DNA of 64,000 bases from Chrysomallon squamiferum (Eukaryota; Animalia; Mollusca), in assembly GCA_012295275.1 (NCBI GenBank), contig CM022666.1, positions 11,036,001 to 11,100,000 of the forward strand. Reading direction: 5' to 3'. Positions 27,473 through 41,360 of the stretch are shown here, in pieces. The notes beneath the pieces are model-generated. The model searched no databases. It saw only the letters and a program-made list of their open reading frames with translations, and was not told where the DNA came from. Within the stretch, counting starts at the first letter, position 1; the number at the start of each line of letters is the position of its first letter. A program made the position numbers and the translations under genes.

Positions 27473-28671
27473 TAATCGACGAGAGCAGATCACCAGACAT
27501 TCCTTACCAAGATCAAGAAAAGACGTTTTACAATTTCGATGTACGTATTTACATCGTTCTCGCTGTCATTCCGTTCTCCATTTTTATTATACGAATATGT
27601 TGGACTTTTACGTGGGATAAAAGAAACAGACGATTTGTACGTCGAAATACCAGAGGGAGGATTCGGCGATCGTCGGTGATCAGCGTAAACAGTGAGCTGT
27701 TCCGTCCACCTCCCAGTTACAGTGAACTATTTGGAGAAAATAGACGCACGTTTACGTTGTCAAGGAATTATAAACTGTGTGAACTTTGTTCACTGGGAAG
27801 ATGTTCACTGTATACAGATATAAATTCAAATCGAAGTAATCCGTTATTTAATGGTAGCCATAGCGAAAGCACGGTGATGGGAAGGCAAAATGCTTCATCT
27901 GAAGGTCATTCAAACGGAAGTAATTTTACGGATAATTCCAGAGGTCAGATAGAGCCTCGATCTGGTAACTGTACCATTCAAGGAGAACATTCTATTCAAA
28001 CTACAGTACCTGAAAACAAACCCGTCCCTAATAGTGACAGTTCTGGTGGTTCGATGGTTTCCATAACAGTACCGACTAGTTCTGATAATTCTAATGTATC
28101 TGTGGTTACTTTAACAACACCTACAAGTTCTGAGATTTCGAATGTTTCTATAACAACACTTGCCAGTTCTGACAATCTTAGTGTTTCTGTGTCCACACCG
28201 ACTAATTCCGATACTTCAGATGTTTCTATAACAACACGACCTACGTCTGACAATTCTACGACATCGGAAGCTACAGTAGCGTCTAATTCTAACAGTGCAA
28301 GCTTGGATACTTCAAACACATCTGCAGACAATGGCCGTGATTCGAATCTAGAACAGAACTTCGCAATATTACGTATCCATGCTGCAAGACAAACCCAGAA
28401 CAACTCGTCATCCACGGAACAACAGACGTCTGGAGGCGACGTGCACGTGACCAGCGAACAGTGCACGTGCCCCTGCCATAAATCAACAGTTGAAGAAGCA
28501 AATTACGACAATCCATCTTTTGTTCACGACGACGATACGAATGATGATAGCATTAGAAGAATGCCAGGAATGCACGTGCCCGTTTTTATCACGTGGTCAG
28601 TCGATACTCCGCCTCCCACGTACAGAGAAGCTTTGAAAATTTTGAAGAAAAACAAATCAGTCCGCTGCTGA
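27473..28671 (+). CDS. WxxW-TM gene, coding exon 4 (TM helix + ~350-aa cytoplasmic tail, stop)
   Basis: TTTCAG acceptor at 27472, phase 1, joins the 424-aa ORF frame (whose poly-Ile start is intronic ATT microsatellite). TM IYIVLAVIPFSIFIIRICWTFTW followed by a basic stop-transfer segment; PPPSY, PPPTY, YDNPSF. Total CDS is 1725 nt = 574 aa + stop. Confidence 0.88.
28057..28260 (+). repeat. Coding 39-bp (13-aa) degenerate repeat x5
   Basis: Consensus VSITTPTSSDNSN; four 39-bp units and one 48-bp unit, all in frame. Confidence 0.8.
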
Positions 28672-28696
28672 ATCATATTATCACCAAATTAATGTT

Positions 28697-28788
<92 letters not shown>

Positions 28789-30744
28789 TCACACCATCAC
28801 TCACCCATTCTCCCCCTTTCATTAGTTCATTTCAACTTTGTATCCTTCAACTTTCCTCAAATCTTGGATTCTCCCATCCAGTCATAAGTGCTATAATTAT
28901 TTACAGACGATGACAAATTATAAATAATCACTTCACAGAATGATTTCAGTACGTTGTACTTATTTCTTTTATAAACTGACATAAACTATTATATAAATAC
29001 GACACAGTTTTCTTGAATCTGACTCTCTAGCACAGAAGTGATATAATGCGTTTTCTTTACATATGCATACCAAACAAATAGCATATATTATGTTACTATA
29101 ATATTATATTTAAAGAAAATTAAATGAAAGTTTTGTATTTCAAAGCCGACAGATAGCAATGTAAATTAAAGCTTGTCATATTAAATGTTATTTTCATATA
29201 ATGCCAGTTAGTTATAATATTATTGTTCTGAGCAACTTTTAATACCTTTCACTGAAACCAGTTGTAAGCAGAACAATATCGTTAATATTTTATATCTCAA
29301 ATACCGCTTGTTCGTTAATTTTTCAAAATCATATGCGTCACATTAACACAAATATTGCCTTGTTTCAAATATTACATCACTGTATAATCAGAAATATTGC
29401 ATTATTCGAATTATTTCATTACCACAGATATTGTATTATCTCGATAAATGAATGTGCAGTTACAGTTACATGTGAAAGGTTTGATTTATAATTTTTTTTT
29501 AAAATTATTTTAATTAAAACATTACCAGTTTAATCTTTATTAATTTGTATATCTGTATTAACATTGCTATTAACTTTCATGAGCAAAGACGAAAACATTA
29601 CTAAGATACACTTTTCATTTTGCTTTATGACGTCATTTGAAAATGGAAGTTGACGTCACATCATAATGTAGATTTATAATATTCATACTGATAAGTGAGT
29701 ATTAATTTATACTGTTAATGTCAAGTGATTTACTTTTGTTTATATTTTATATTACTAATGTCATGCAAGATAATTTCTGAAATGATAATGTGATATTAAT
29801 ATCAGATTTATAATGTCATGCGAAATTTATTTCTGATTAACATAATATTGTAAAATATAACATTTTCACGTATACGTCTTTTGTTTTATAGCATTTTTGT
29901 CGATGTTTGTATATATTTAGTATTAGATGTAAATAATAACAAGGCAGCTAAATCAAACTGTACGTGTTATTTATTATTATTACTACTGCTATCTTTACTA
30001 TCATTATTGTTAGTATCGACTTCATCGTCATTATATATATATTTCAGCGTACTAAAACAAAATATATTCCATTCCTTTGTTTATAACTATTGCTTAGTCT
30101 AAACCTCTCTGACTGCAATTACTATCTGACAAACTTACTATAGAACTGTGTTACTGTGCATGTTCGTTACGGTTACGCATATGATTACATTTGGCTACAT
30201 GGGTACGTGTATGCGTGTACACGTGTGCTTGTAAGCATGTTCGCATGAGTCTGCATTTGTGTTTACAGGGTGCTTATTCTTATGTTTGTACGTTTGTGTG
30301 TCCCGTTCGCCTGCGTAATGATCTTTGTGTTCATGGTCAAAATTAAAAAAAAGAAATAATAAGATTATTTCGCTATTCTGAGTAGTGTGTCAGGTTAGCT
30401 GGGTAATCTCTTTTTCACAATCGTGTGGTAGTCAATAAAACAGACAGATTATAATTTTAGTTTGAAGGACTATTTCATTCAAATCACAAAACAGAACCTC
30501 TGGTGTAAGAAATATGTCTAATGTTATGTTATGAGTAAGTGTAGAGTTACTGTTATGAATAAGTGTATATTTGAATAAGAATTAGCCTAGTACTATTGTT
30601 AAGAGTAAGGCTAGATATACTTTTGGAAAAAAAAGTACATTATTATAGTGGTTTCATGATCTAGAAACTTGTTTTAAGTTAGTCACACGTCACTTGTCTA
30701 ACTGTGATAGGTCACAAGATCAAGCCTCTCTATTAACCTGCTTG

Positions 30745-30890
30745 GTTATTTCCCGATACAACCAGTGTTTCGTGACTAACGAAGATGTAAGGTGTGATTT
30801 TGCGTCACAAAAGAGTAAGACAATATAAAAATCCATGATAGCTTATAAAAAGATTAAAAAACAGTATGACGGCAGTGCGTTTCTGTTCTC
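30745..30890 (+). mobile_element. Highly degenerate SINE remnant (same family)
   Basis: TTATTTCCCGATACAACCAGTG...ATATAAAAATCCATG...GACGGCAGTGCGTTTCT in the same motif order as the other copies. Confidence 0.4.
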
Positions 30891-31029
30891 TGTAGTCTCG
30901 TTTTATGTCGACCTACCTGTCATTAAACACATATTTACTTCTTTAAAAATCTGTTCAAGTAAGTAACAAGAACAACAAAATCAACAACAAGATTAATAAT
31001 GACAAAAGCTACTTCTACAAATAATAATA

Positions 31030-31073
<44 letters not shown>

Positions 31074-31855
31074 TAATAATAAAAAAAGAAATAGTACTAG
31101 AAGGAAGCAATAATTATAATAAGTATACAAGCAAACAAACAAACAAACTGGATAATTTTCTCTTGTGCATCAATATTTAAAAAAATATATTTCTGATCTT
31201 TTTATTTCAAAAGAACTGACCTTGTGACTTCCTGTAAAAACAGGATATGATTTATAAAGCCACGTAAACAAATATTAGATTCCTTCCGACCGCCAATATA
31301 ACCAGAGAATGAAACCAATTTTTATTATTTACTTGACTCTCATCAGTTATTGTGACTTGAGTTTGACGGAAACAGCTCACACACAGTAAAACTAACTCAT
31401 TACCATAGACAAACTGTAGTCCATGTGTAATTTAATGTTGTTATTATTATTTATTTATTTATTTATTATCGCTTCTACTTCACTACTCCTATTACTACTT
31501 CTACCGAGAGAGAGAGAGAGAGAGGAATGCGTTACAGTACAGACAGGCATGCGGTGCTCGCCCAGAAACAAACAAACAAATCGGTTTTCTCTTCATTCTG
31601 ATGCTATTTTTAGCAACACGTCACGAAGAAGCGCTTTCGGCTAGAGAAATGACAAATAATTCGCGTGGAATGACATCATTGTCCTTCTAAAAATATGACT
31701 TTTCAAAGACAACAGCATTCTTACGTGTTGTTTGTTATTTATGGCGGAATTTGAAACAAATGCACGAGTAGGTAAACAGAATGATTAATCACGATAAATT
31801 TTCCAAATGATAAAATAGTCTGCATAATATTAATATTAGCAGACAAAAAAAAAAA

Positions 31856-31894
<39 letters not shown>

Positions 31895-34800
31895 AAAAAA
31901 GTATAATAATAATAATAATGATAATAATAATAATAAAGATAAATAATATATTTTTTTAATAATTAAGTTACTTTTCTGAACTTTTATTTTATAAAAAAAA
32001 CAACTTAGTGAACTAATACTGAAATTTTGAAATTAAATAATGATGATGATGATGATGGTGATAACAATAAAGATGTGGCTATTTCCATGTTTTAATGGTC
32101 AATATAGATGACCATTCTTTTAAACTTTTGAATGAATGAAAGAATAAACATTCCTTTAACACCCAGCACAGACAGTTAGACACACTTAGGAAACAGCAGT
32201 AGCAGGAACAACAACAACAACTTCAAAAACAGTAGTAATCACGACAAAAATAACAATAACGACGACAAAACAATGGTATTTCAAAAAAAATATCAACAAT
32301 ATAAAAAATATAAAAGCCTAGTCGTTGGACTGACAGCTAGTAATATTTTATATACAGCTTCCAATAGATAGTAAAGAATATACCACAACATTTTATTCCT
32401 CTGAAGAACGGCACTAGACAAGAGATGCATCGAGTTTTGATCCTGGGACCTTTCGAGCTCCAGGCAATCGACTGAGTGACGACAACCTTCTATGTTCTGA
32501 CTTGTACACGTATGAACATTACCATTTTCAGATTTTCTGTCAGTTTTATTTAAAATCACACACCCACACACACACACACACACACACATCTCTCTCTCTC
32601 TTCATTTATTATTTTCTTTCATCTCTTTGTTATATTATATCTCTATTTCATTATTAACATGCGTGTATGTATGTCTGTGTGTGTGTGTGTGTGTGTGTTG
32701 TGTATATATATATATATATATATATTTGTGTGCGTTGTGCATGTGCTTCTGTATATTGATCATCTGAAACAAAAAATATGAAGTTCGAAAATAACGACTG
32801 TAACTCCTACATCATTATCTGAGACCTTTTCTAAACTATACAAAAAATATACACACAGTTTAAATAAAAATAAAAATTCAATTCAATTCAGTGAATGAAT
32901 GAATGAATGAATGAATGAATTAATTAAAGTTTCTATTTAAATAAAACTTAATTAATAAAGTTACTTTATTTAGGAATTAAATATCCACTGACTCAGTCTT
33001 TTCAGTTAGTGAACACCATCTATTAACAATAATATGGTGTCTTGGGTGTAGTTGATCTAACAATAATCTTCCTTCATACACGGTAATTTTTTCCCCATTC
33101 TAGCAAGTTACCTACAAACTGTTACCAAAGGGCGCAGTTTCAGTTTATCAATACATGGGAAAATACAGATAAAAGTTAGTTATCTTTATAAAAATAGTCT
33201 GTGTTCAAAGGTAGAGGTATTTTGTTTGTATTGTTTTTGTTTTTTTTGTTTTTTTCTTTTGAACAGCATAATAATAATAATAAAAACTACAACAACAATA
33301 ACAGCAACTATAATAACTCAACTGCAGCAGCAGCCGCATAAACAGAAGCAACAGCAGCATCAACAACAGCAACAATAACAACAACGACAATAATAATAAC
33401 AACAACAACAACAACAATAATAATAATAATAAATAATCTAAAAAAGCATGTTACCATTTGGACATTATAAACGATAAATATAAGCATTTAACACGTTATT
33501 TTAATTGATAAATAAATAACATTAAACTTGTTTTACTTTGAAAATTCAGTAGTAGGTCATGCAGTCAGATCTTGCAGTATCATTGTTTATATGTTTCTAC
33601 AGATAAACACAATGCACTGCCAGATAAGATCGAGTAAGTGGATTATTCACAATTCTAAGAAGCACGTAGATTCTCTATTTCCATCTTCACATATATCTGA
33701 TGTAATATGATAGCTTTAGTAAAATATCCAGTATGTGTGTCAGATGTAACCAATCCATATCAGAAATGTGTGCCTGTGTGCACGAGGTGTATAGGTAACT
33801 GTGTGACGTCAGTTCATGGGAGGATGCAAGTGCTGGGTTCAGGAAATATAAATAGTTTGTTAGTGTTTTGTTATTTTAACGAGTCAGTAACAGTCGATGT
33901 CGTCCTTGACAAGTTACTGAGACCTCAGGCTTCTTCTCAGAAAAAACCCAAACAACAACTAATACATAAATAAAATTAAAATAAATAAATAATAATAACA
34001 ACTGCAAAACCACCAGTAACAACGACATCATCAACAACAAGAGTGACAACAACAACAACAATAATAATAATAATAACAAAGCCAAAGTAACTGTTTCCAC
34101 TTAACTGATGTTTCGGTAGTTTATTGCATCATATACTTATATTATAAGAGCTCTCTAATCATGAATACATAATTTCTTCATAAATTTCGTCATTTTGTCA
34201 CTGTTCATTTCGAAACGCAGGATGTTCATTAAAGCAATAAACGTCGTTGATTCTTTTTTCTTCACCCCCCCCCCGCTATTTAACATGTTAAACAGAGTGA
34301 TTACGTCATTACAGACCCAGATCATTACGTGCGACCCGGCAGTGCGAGCACACAGCTCGAGGAGGAAGGCACTCACTCTGCTTGAGGAAGATCGACGTTA
34401 TTATTATTGCTGTTGTTGTCGTCGTCTTCGTTAGTATTAAATCCAAAACAAAGTAGTTATTTATTTATTTAATAATGAAATCTTGAAGACTATAATTCAC
34501 AATAACTGGCATACCCCATCTGTTTTTTGGAATCCTAGACTTTTTGCAATAAAATATTTCGTATTAAATATATGAGTTACACACTTCAGTAAACAAATAA
34601 ACACACAAACAAATACTAATACAACTATTTCAATGTTTTACGTCAGTAAATAAGTAAATGATTATTAAATTTAGACTAGTATTTCCTAGATCATTTATAG
34701 TTTGTTTGTAAGTTTTATTTTTAAAAGACAATATGTGTAAAGGGAGATAATTCAACTATACTTAACAGACCTAAGCCTCAATATAGTTGACCGTGTCACG

Positions 34801-37267
34801 CGTGAAGTTTTTAACAACGAAAACCTTGAACCATTCAGTTTCGACTTTGTTTTTCCTAAAAGATGTTCTTGTTTATTTTCCTAGAAAAGAACGATCAAGG
34901 TGTGGCGTGTTTTCGAGGTCTACGTGTCGCCGAGTTTTCACCTCTATCTTGTTACAAACACCTGACAGTTCTTCAGGTATCATCTATTTCCAAGAAATGT
35001 AACTCTAGAAAGGTCATCGTCAAATGATTGTTGGCAAGAATAATAAGCCCGCTGAGAAATCTCGGGAAAACAGAAATGTCGAGGATATATTTTATAAGAA
35101 ATGTTAAAATTATTACTGTAAAATGTATTTTACTGCTGGTAGTGTCACGAACTAAGAGTTTACACATACACACACACATGTACACACACGTTATTATACA
35201 CGTTTACATACGTCTGTAGAAAATATACTTACATATCCATGCGTAAAGAGGAATGTACATAATACATTCGTACGTACACACATACATTCATACATATTTG
35301 TCTACCTACCTATCTACTACATACATTCTTTCAGGCGGCTATAACAACAACAACAAAAATTAAAACTTTAGTCTGAATGCAGCATTATCTTTGCCTTCAT
35401 TACACATGAAGGCAAACACGTTTTTTATGATGTAATATTATTTTGTTATGAAAGACGCTAATTAATGACATTATTAAATTTCCGAGGAAACGTTTTTTTT
35501 AAAATTAACAACACTTTATGTTAGTTTTTAAATGAAAGGCGCTTTCATTCGTCATATATATATATATATATATATATATCGAAGTGAAAATAGTTTTGTG
35601 TAAAAAATCTATATTTTTGATTAGTGACCGAAAGTATGTAACTTTATGTGTGTACGTTATCACAGAATACATTTTTATGTATTTACCTGTGTGTGTGTGT
35701 GTGTGTGACAGTAAATCTGAACTGAAGCGAAGATCAGTCACACGGGACTATCAACTGTGTATTATTGTGAATAGAGTTGTTAGCTAGGACATATCTGACG
35801 ACTATACACTGCTGAAATTATTTCTATGGTCATGTCATCATATTACAATATATGTCATTACTTTTAATGACAAGTTTTAGCCACGCTATGTATTATAATG
35901 TCGTCAGCGGTTTTCTGCCTAGGACAGATCAAAACTGAAATTATGGAGTATGTAAAAAGTCTGCAAACCACAGATATTCACTGGTTACTCTCATGAACAG
36001 ATAGCGATCTGATCTTCCCCTTGGTCCGACTGAGATAGTTATCATGAATTTCTGCCTTGAACCTATCTTACATCTTACCCGATACAATGTTCAGTCAGAG
36101 TCCACCCACCCGCACCAGTCAGTCGTCGGCGGTTTTCTGTGGTCAGAGGTCTCGAGTTTCTGTTGAGTTGTTTTTTCAAATCTGCTTTGATACTCGTATC
36201 AGTTGTTTCATCTGCAGACACGTCTTCGAGATTCTAATTGTGATCTCAGTTACAGTGGTTGTACAGATCAGTCACTCATGTCGGTATTTCTGGCCTGTGT
36301 CCAGATACTGATCGAATACATTCATCCGTTCTTAACAATGGAGACATTCTTTTCCAGCTTACCTCACTGTATTTCTAAATCAACACGTTACCCAGGGTTA
36401 CAGCTACCGGTAATGAGAGGCGTGTGAATTTCATACAATGTTCAAGTTGTGATTATTATTGGGGTTATATTTAGGGTCAGTTTTAAGTTCGGATTACGCT
36501 ATATAAAATAAAAAAATATGTCTTTAAATAAAATTAAATTCTCGACGATCGAAATTTCTTTGTTGTTGGCCGTCTGCCCATTGCCATGCTTCTAACATGT
36601 ATCTGGTTTGATGAGCATGCCCCAACGTCTCACAGGTTGCCACTGTTGTTTGACGTCGCCTCTGTCGTCTGCGCCGTTACTTACAACTCACCTACAACTG
36701 TGTGCATGACTGTGTCAACATCACTCTCGTTATCTACCGAGGATACACGATGTTCTTGACACTAGCAAAGTTTTTATCTTATTTATTTTTAACTTACCTT
36801 ACAGAATCGTATGATAAAAGATGTTCGTTTCTGCCTTTAACATATGAGTTTTAACATATGAGTTTTTTTCCAGTACAAAACTATATAGCTTCGTGTCTTT
36901 AAATTGTTCTCGTCTTATCTGCAAAATTATGTTTTGAACGTCCGGTACAAAACACTGAAGTTGTAAGATTTTGTTTCGAGCTTGGTATTTACTTACTGTT
37001 TTGACTGTTTATTAGTTCTGAACGTTTTGGCGCGTGACTCAGAGAATCAGCAGTCATTGTAGTTGGCAGACATGTTCACGGTTTGGAGGTTCGGTCTAAA
37101 ATAGTTACATTAACAGAAAGAAGGTGCAAGCAACGTCACTGTAGTATGACGTCACATAATTGATTTAACCCCAGTTTAATCCGCCCGCAGAACTCCCCTT
37201 GACGATGTTTTATTTATGGAGCAGACATCACTTCCAGTGGCAGTAATATATATATATATATATATAT

Positions 37268-37394
<127 letters not shown>

Positions 37395-37860
37395 CATATA
37401 ATTTTCGTTTAATTACTTTATTCTCCAGAATTCAAAGGTTAGTGACTTCACTTATTGATTTATTTAGTTTTAGTTCTTTCCTTCAACCTCGTTTTTCTTT
37501 CCTTATTTTCAGTATTTTTGTTATATTTATTTTGTTTGTTATGTCAGAAAAAAGACATCAATAACAGAAAAACTGTAGTTCTCTAAACATCGTTAAGTTT
37601 TCACCGAATACTTTGCCAAACAAAGTAAATAAAACATTTTATTTCGACTTCTCAGTGCACGCCAGCTTTGTTCTCTGAATGCACCGAGATTCTCGTTCAG
37701 TCACCTGACGTCAGCTTTTCTTATTGTTTAATTAGGTTGCTAGGTTATGCACGTGCGCTGTGTCATTTATATAAACGTTTCTTGGCAACGTTTTATATTG
37801 TTCAGATGTTGTGGCAGTGTTAATGTACGGAACAGGAACCATCAAGTTTCCGAATGTATC

Positions 37861-37974
37861 GAGCTAGGGGCGGTTCTAGATATCTGACAGAGCTAGAGGC
37901 GGTTCTAGATATCTGACAGAGCTAGAGGCGGTTCTGGATACCTGACAGAGCTAGAGGCGGTTCTAGATATCTGA
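37861..37974. repeat. 29-bp tandem repeat x4
   Basis: GAGCTAG(A/G)GGCGGTTCT(A/G)GATA(T/C)CTGACA, followed by GGGGGTGGGGG. Confidence 0.95.
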
Positions 37975-38221
37975 TGGGGGTGGGGGACTCAAGACCGTTT
38001 ACTTGAATAAAAAGCCTATCCTTACGATGTGAAGAATAAGAAGCTATTATGTACAGTTTTATAATATAACTATAGAAAATAAAGAACGTATAGCTTTTAA
38101 TAACTCATTCATAATTCATCATCACTGTTGTGTACCTCTTCTTCTTCTTCTTCTTCTAATAATAATAATAATAATAATAATAATTAATTAATCATTATTA
38201 TCATTATTAATGTTGTTATTA

Positions 38222-38275
<54 letters not shown>

Positions 38276-39139
38276 GAATTGACAAAATAATGAGGAAAAT
38301 CATTAAACGACGGATATTTATCAAGGAATGATGATTAAAAAAAGTTTCTGATAAAATATTACAGTAATTTATATCGTTTTAACGATATAAGTACATAAAT
38401 AAATAAATAAATAAATTTCTATTTGAAGACGCCTCAAAATATTTTTAAATTACCATTACTGATCATCAAGACAGTGTTTTTTGCATAATAACGATGCATT
38501 CATTACTTAATGTATCATAACTGACTAGCGGTAAGAAATATTTTGCTTTGCACAGTTATAAGGCATGTGATTTAGCCAGCTAGAAGCAAATACTTCAAAC
38601 GGTTGTTTACAGATATGAGTATATGTGTCTGTGGGTCATAAATTCACAGATAGAATAATCTTCTTTTGCTTCATTCAAGCGCGGAAAACTAACGATTATT
38701 AAATGGATATTTAAAAACGGATTTCTTCAAATAACCATAGACTAATATTCAACCGTTTCTATTTAATGCAGGCCCGCGCCGATTAATCGATTTATTGATC
38801 AACCGTTAATGAAAGAATATTATCGAATATCCCACACTTTCAACTGAATATCAAATTAGACTTAATTCTTAGCTGAACGTTGAATTACAAGTTTAAAAAA
38901 AACATTTAAATGTTGTTTCGTACATGACTGGGATGTTGTTGTGCTTGTGTCCTTGTATTTCGAAACGTGAGTGTACATATTGCTGCATGGTCATGAAAAT
39001 TTAATCTTTCAATATTTGCAAAAAGATAAGTGAAACATACACACAGATATTCTATAAATATGGTTTAAGAAGACTATTAGTGGTTAAAGTTATTGTGTAG
39101 AGAACTGTGGGATGGCAGGGGAGAGTCTCATCGGTGTGT

Positions 39140-39260
39140 CTTATTTCCCGTTCCAGTCAAGGTCCCCGTCATTGGTTTATCAAATAAAGAGGTGTGTGTT
39201 TTACTGTCTATGGGGCTGTGCATATTAGGAAGCCACTGCTTCTAATCGATAAAGACAGCT
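39140..39260 (+). mobile_element. Degenerate SINE remnant (same family)
   Basis: TTATTTCCCGTTCCAGTC..TGGTTTATCAAA..GGTGTGTGTTTTACTGTCTATGGGGCTGTGCATATTA..CTGCTTCTAATCGATAAAG. Confidence 0.55.
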
Positions 39261-39727
39261 GACTTGTTCACTCCACCAGACAGGACACCGTTTGTCACAG
39301 CCACTGAAGAAAAGTAGTGCAACTCTGCTCAGAATGGAAATATCGTAAATGGGTGTAAAAACCCAAACCCGTATAAAACTTGAGTACAGTAGCACTGCGC
39401 TCAGTTTATCCTGTGTGTATGTAAAACCAATACATCGAAAAACACACACATACACCCAAAAAAAAAAAAAATAAACAAATGAAAAAAACACTACCACCAA
39501 CCCTTTAAAACACTCTTTTTACTGAAAGCTGCGATCTAGGCAGTTATCACTCTTATGTCGGGAGGCTTAACCGTTGTGAGACAAAGAATGGTTGTCGCCA
39601 GGAAATAGATTGCTATTCACTTATAACTGCCTGGTTATATCCGGCTAAAAAACGCTCTCTGAGTCAAGTACATCTGTACCACAGTGGTTATAAAGCCACT
39701 GAAGAATGAGCCGATCAGAAAGCGCAC

Positions 39728-39850
39728 CAAGCCAGTGCTGCGAGACGTCATAACCAGATGTTTACTGTCTATGGGAAGATGTATGTAAAATACGTTTTAC
39801 TGCTGAACTATGTTAATAGCTCAGAGAATAATAGCAGCGAGTTTCCTGTT
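39728..39850 (+). mobile_element. Degenerate SINE remnant (same family)
   Basis: AGCCAGTGCTGCGAGAC..TGTTTACTGTCTATGGGAAGATGTATGTAAAATAC..CTGCTG..AATAGCTC..AGCAGCGAGTTTCCT. Confidence 0.45.
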
Positions 39851-40524
39851 GTATACCCTTCTTATTATAAATTAAATAAAAACAAGTAAAAGCATTTGAA
39901 AAAAATGTATGTCAGATTCCTAATACAGCTAATAATAAATTACCTTGAGTTGGTAAACAAATATTCGTTCATTCACCTATCTCTCATAACAACCCCCAAA
40001 CATTTATTTTTCTGTTATCGTAAACATCATTTACAGAGAAAAAGAAGAAAAAAAATGATTTCCTAGAGTGTTTTTAGATTAACTTTCTCGGTTGCATGTA
40101 GTGCATATGTAATTACTGCATGTTGTTTTACTGAGGTAGGTATGTGTTTGCACCTTTTTCACTTACACTGTTTTTTCAACGCATTTCCTACCACACCAAA
40201 ATGACCCGAACTGCGGCTCGGTGTTGTCGCCACACTCAGTTTTCTCTGTAATGCTTCATTGTACTGAAGCTCGTTCAGTAATTCGAAATTGCTGCAAGGA
40301 AATGGCTTTCTATAATGAAAGTCAAAAAGTTCTTGTACGTACAGCGATGAATGTCAAACTTTATTGACAGATTTATGTGTCTGAAACGTCTGAGGGGAAA
40401 GACGATTTTGAAAACAATTCTGTAAGATATTGCAAAACATTAGAGAATTCGGTCAATAGTGTTAATGGATAATTAAAGACGATTATCTAAAACACAGTCT
40501 GCGATTGGGGAAGGGGGAGAAGGA

Positions 40525-40617
<93 letters not shown>

Positions 40618-41325
40618 GGACGGACAGACCGAAAGACAGAGAGGTAGACAGATAGACAGATAGATAAATAGATAGATAGATGATTAGATAGATATTCAGA
40701 CAGTTAGATAAGCAGACAGTTAAACAGACAGACAGAGAGATAAATGGATAGGCAGACAGACAGACGCACAGATATATAGGTAAACAGATATACAGATATA
40801 AAGTACACAAAGAGGGAAACAGTTATAAAGGCAGGTGGACAGAGAGACAGACCTATATATATACGCACAGATAGACAGAAACACTAAAATATAGAAAAAC
40901 ATACAATACACAGATTATAAAGATGATTACTAATGTTAAATTAACAGGGCTAGATAGTTTTAATACTTAATATTGCTGACCGATATACAAGTAATAAAGT
41001 AACACTGACTGATCTCCTGACACTTCCAGCGTGTCTTACGGTGATCAGACAAATCAATGGTAATAAAAGTCAACATTCACACAACTGTTCCTCACACGTG
41101 TTTCTTACGTTCATGCAGACTTCGGGTTTTAATTACGTTCTATTGAGAAATGTCGAATTATGTTCACGTCTTGTTAAGTTTATTGATGTAGACCAGGTCA
41201 ACAGAGGTTAGATATTATATTGAATAATAATTTACTTCTAAAGTAGGTGGATCTCTCTCTCTCTCTCTCTCTCTCATTTAATAAGGAAATATAAACAATT
41301 ATAATAAAATATAATAATAAAATGC

Positions 41326-41360
<35 letters not shown>

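Noticed and set aside
27996-28516. Minus-strand ORFs of 156 and 75 aa
   Set aside because: Antisense shadows of the S/T-rich coding exon on the plus strand.
28645-28671. C-terminal KKNKSVRC as a CAAX prenylation signal
   Set aside because: Cys is the last residue rather than fourth from last, so it does not fit CAAX, CC or CXC.
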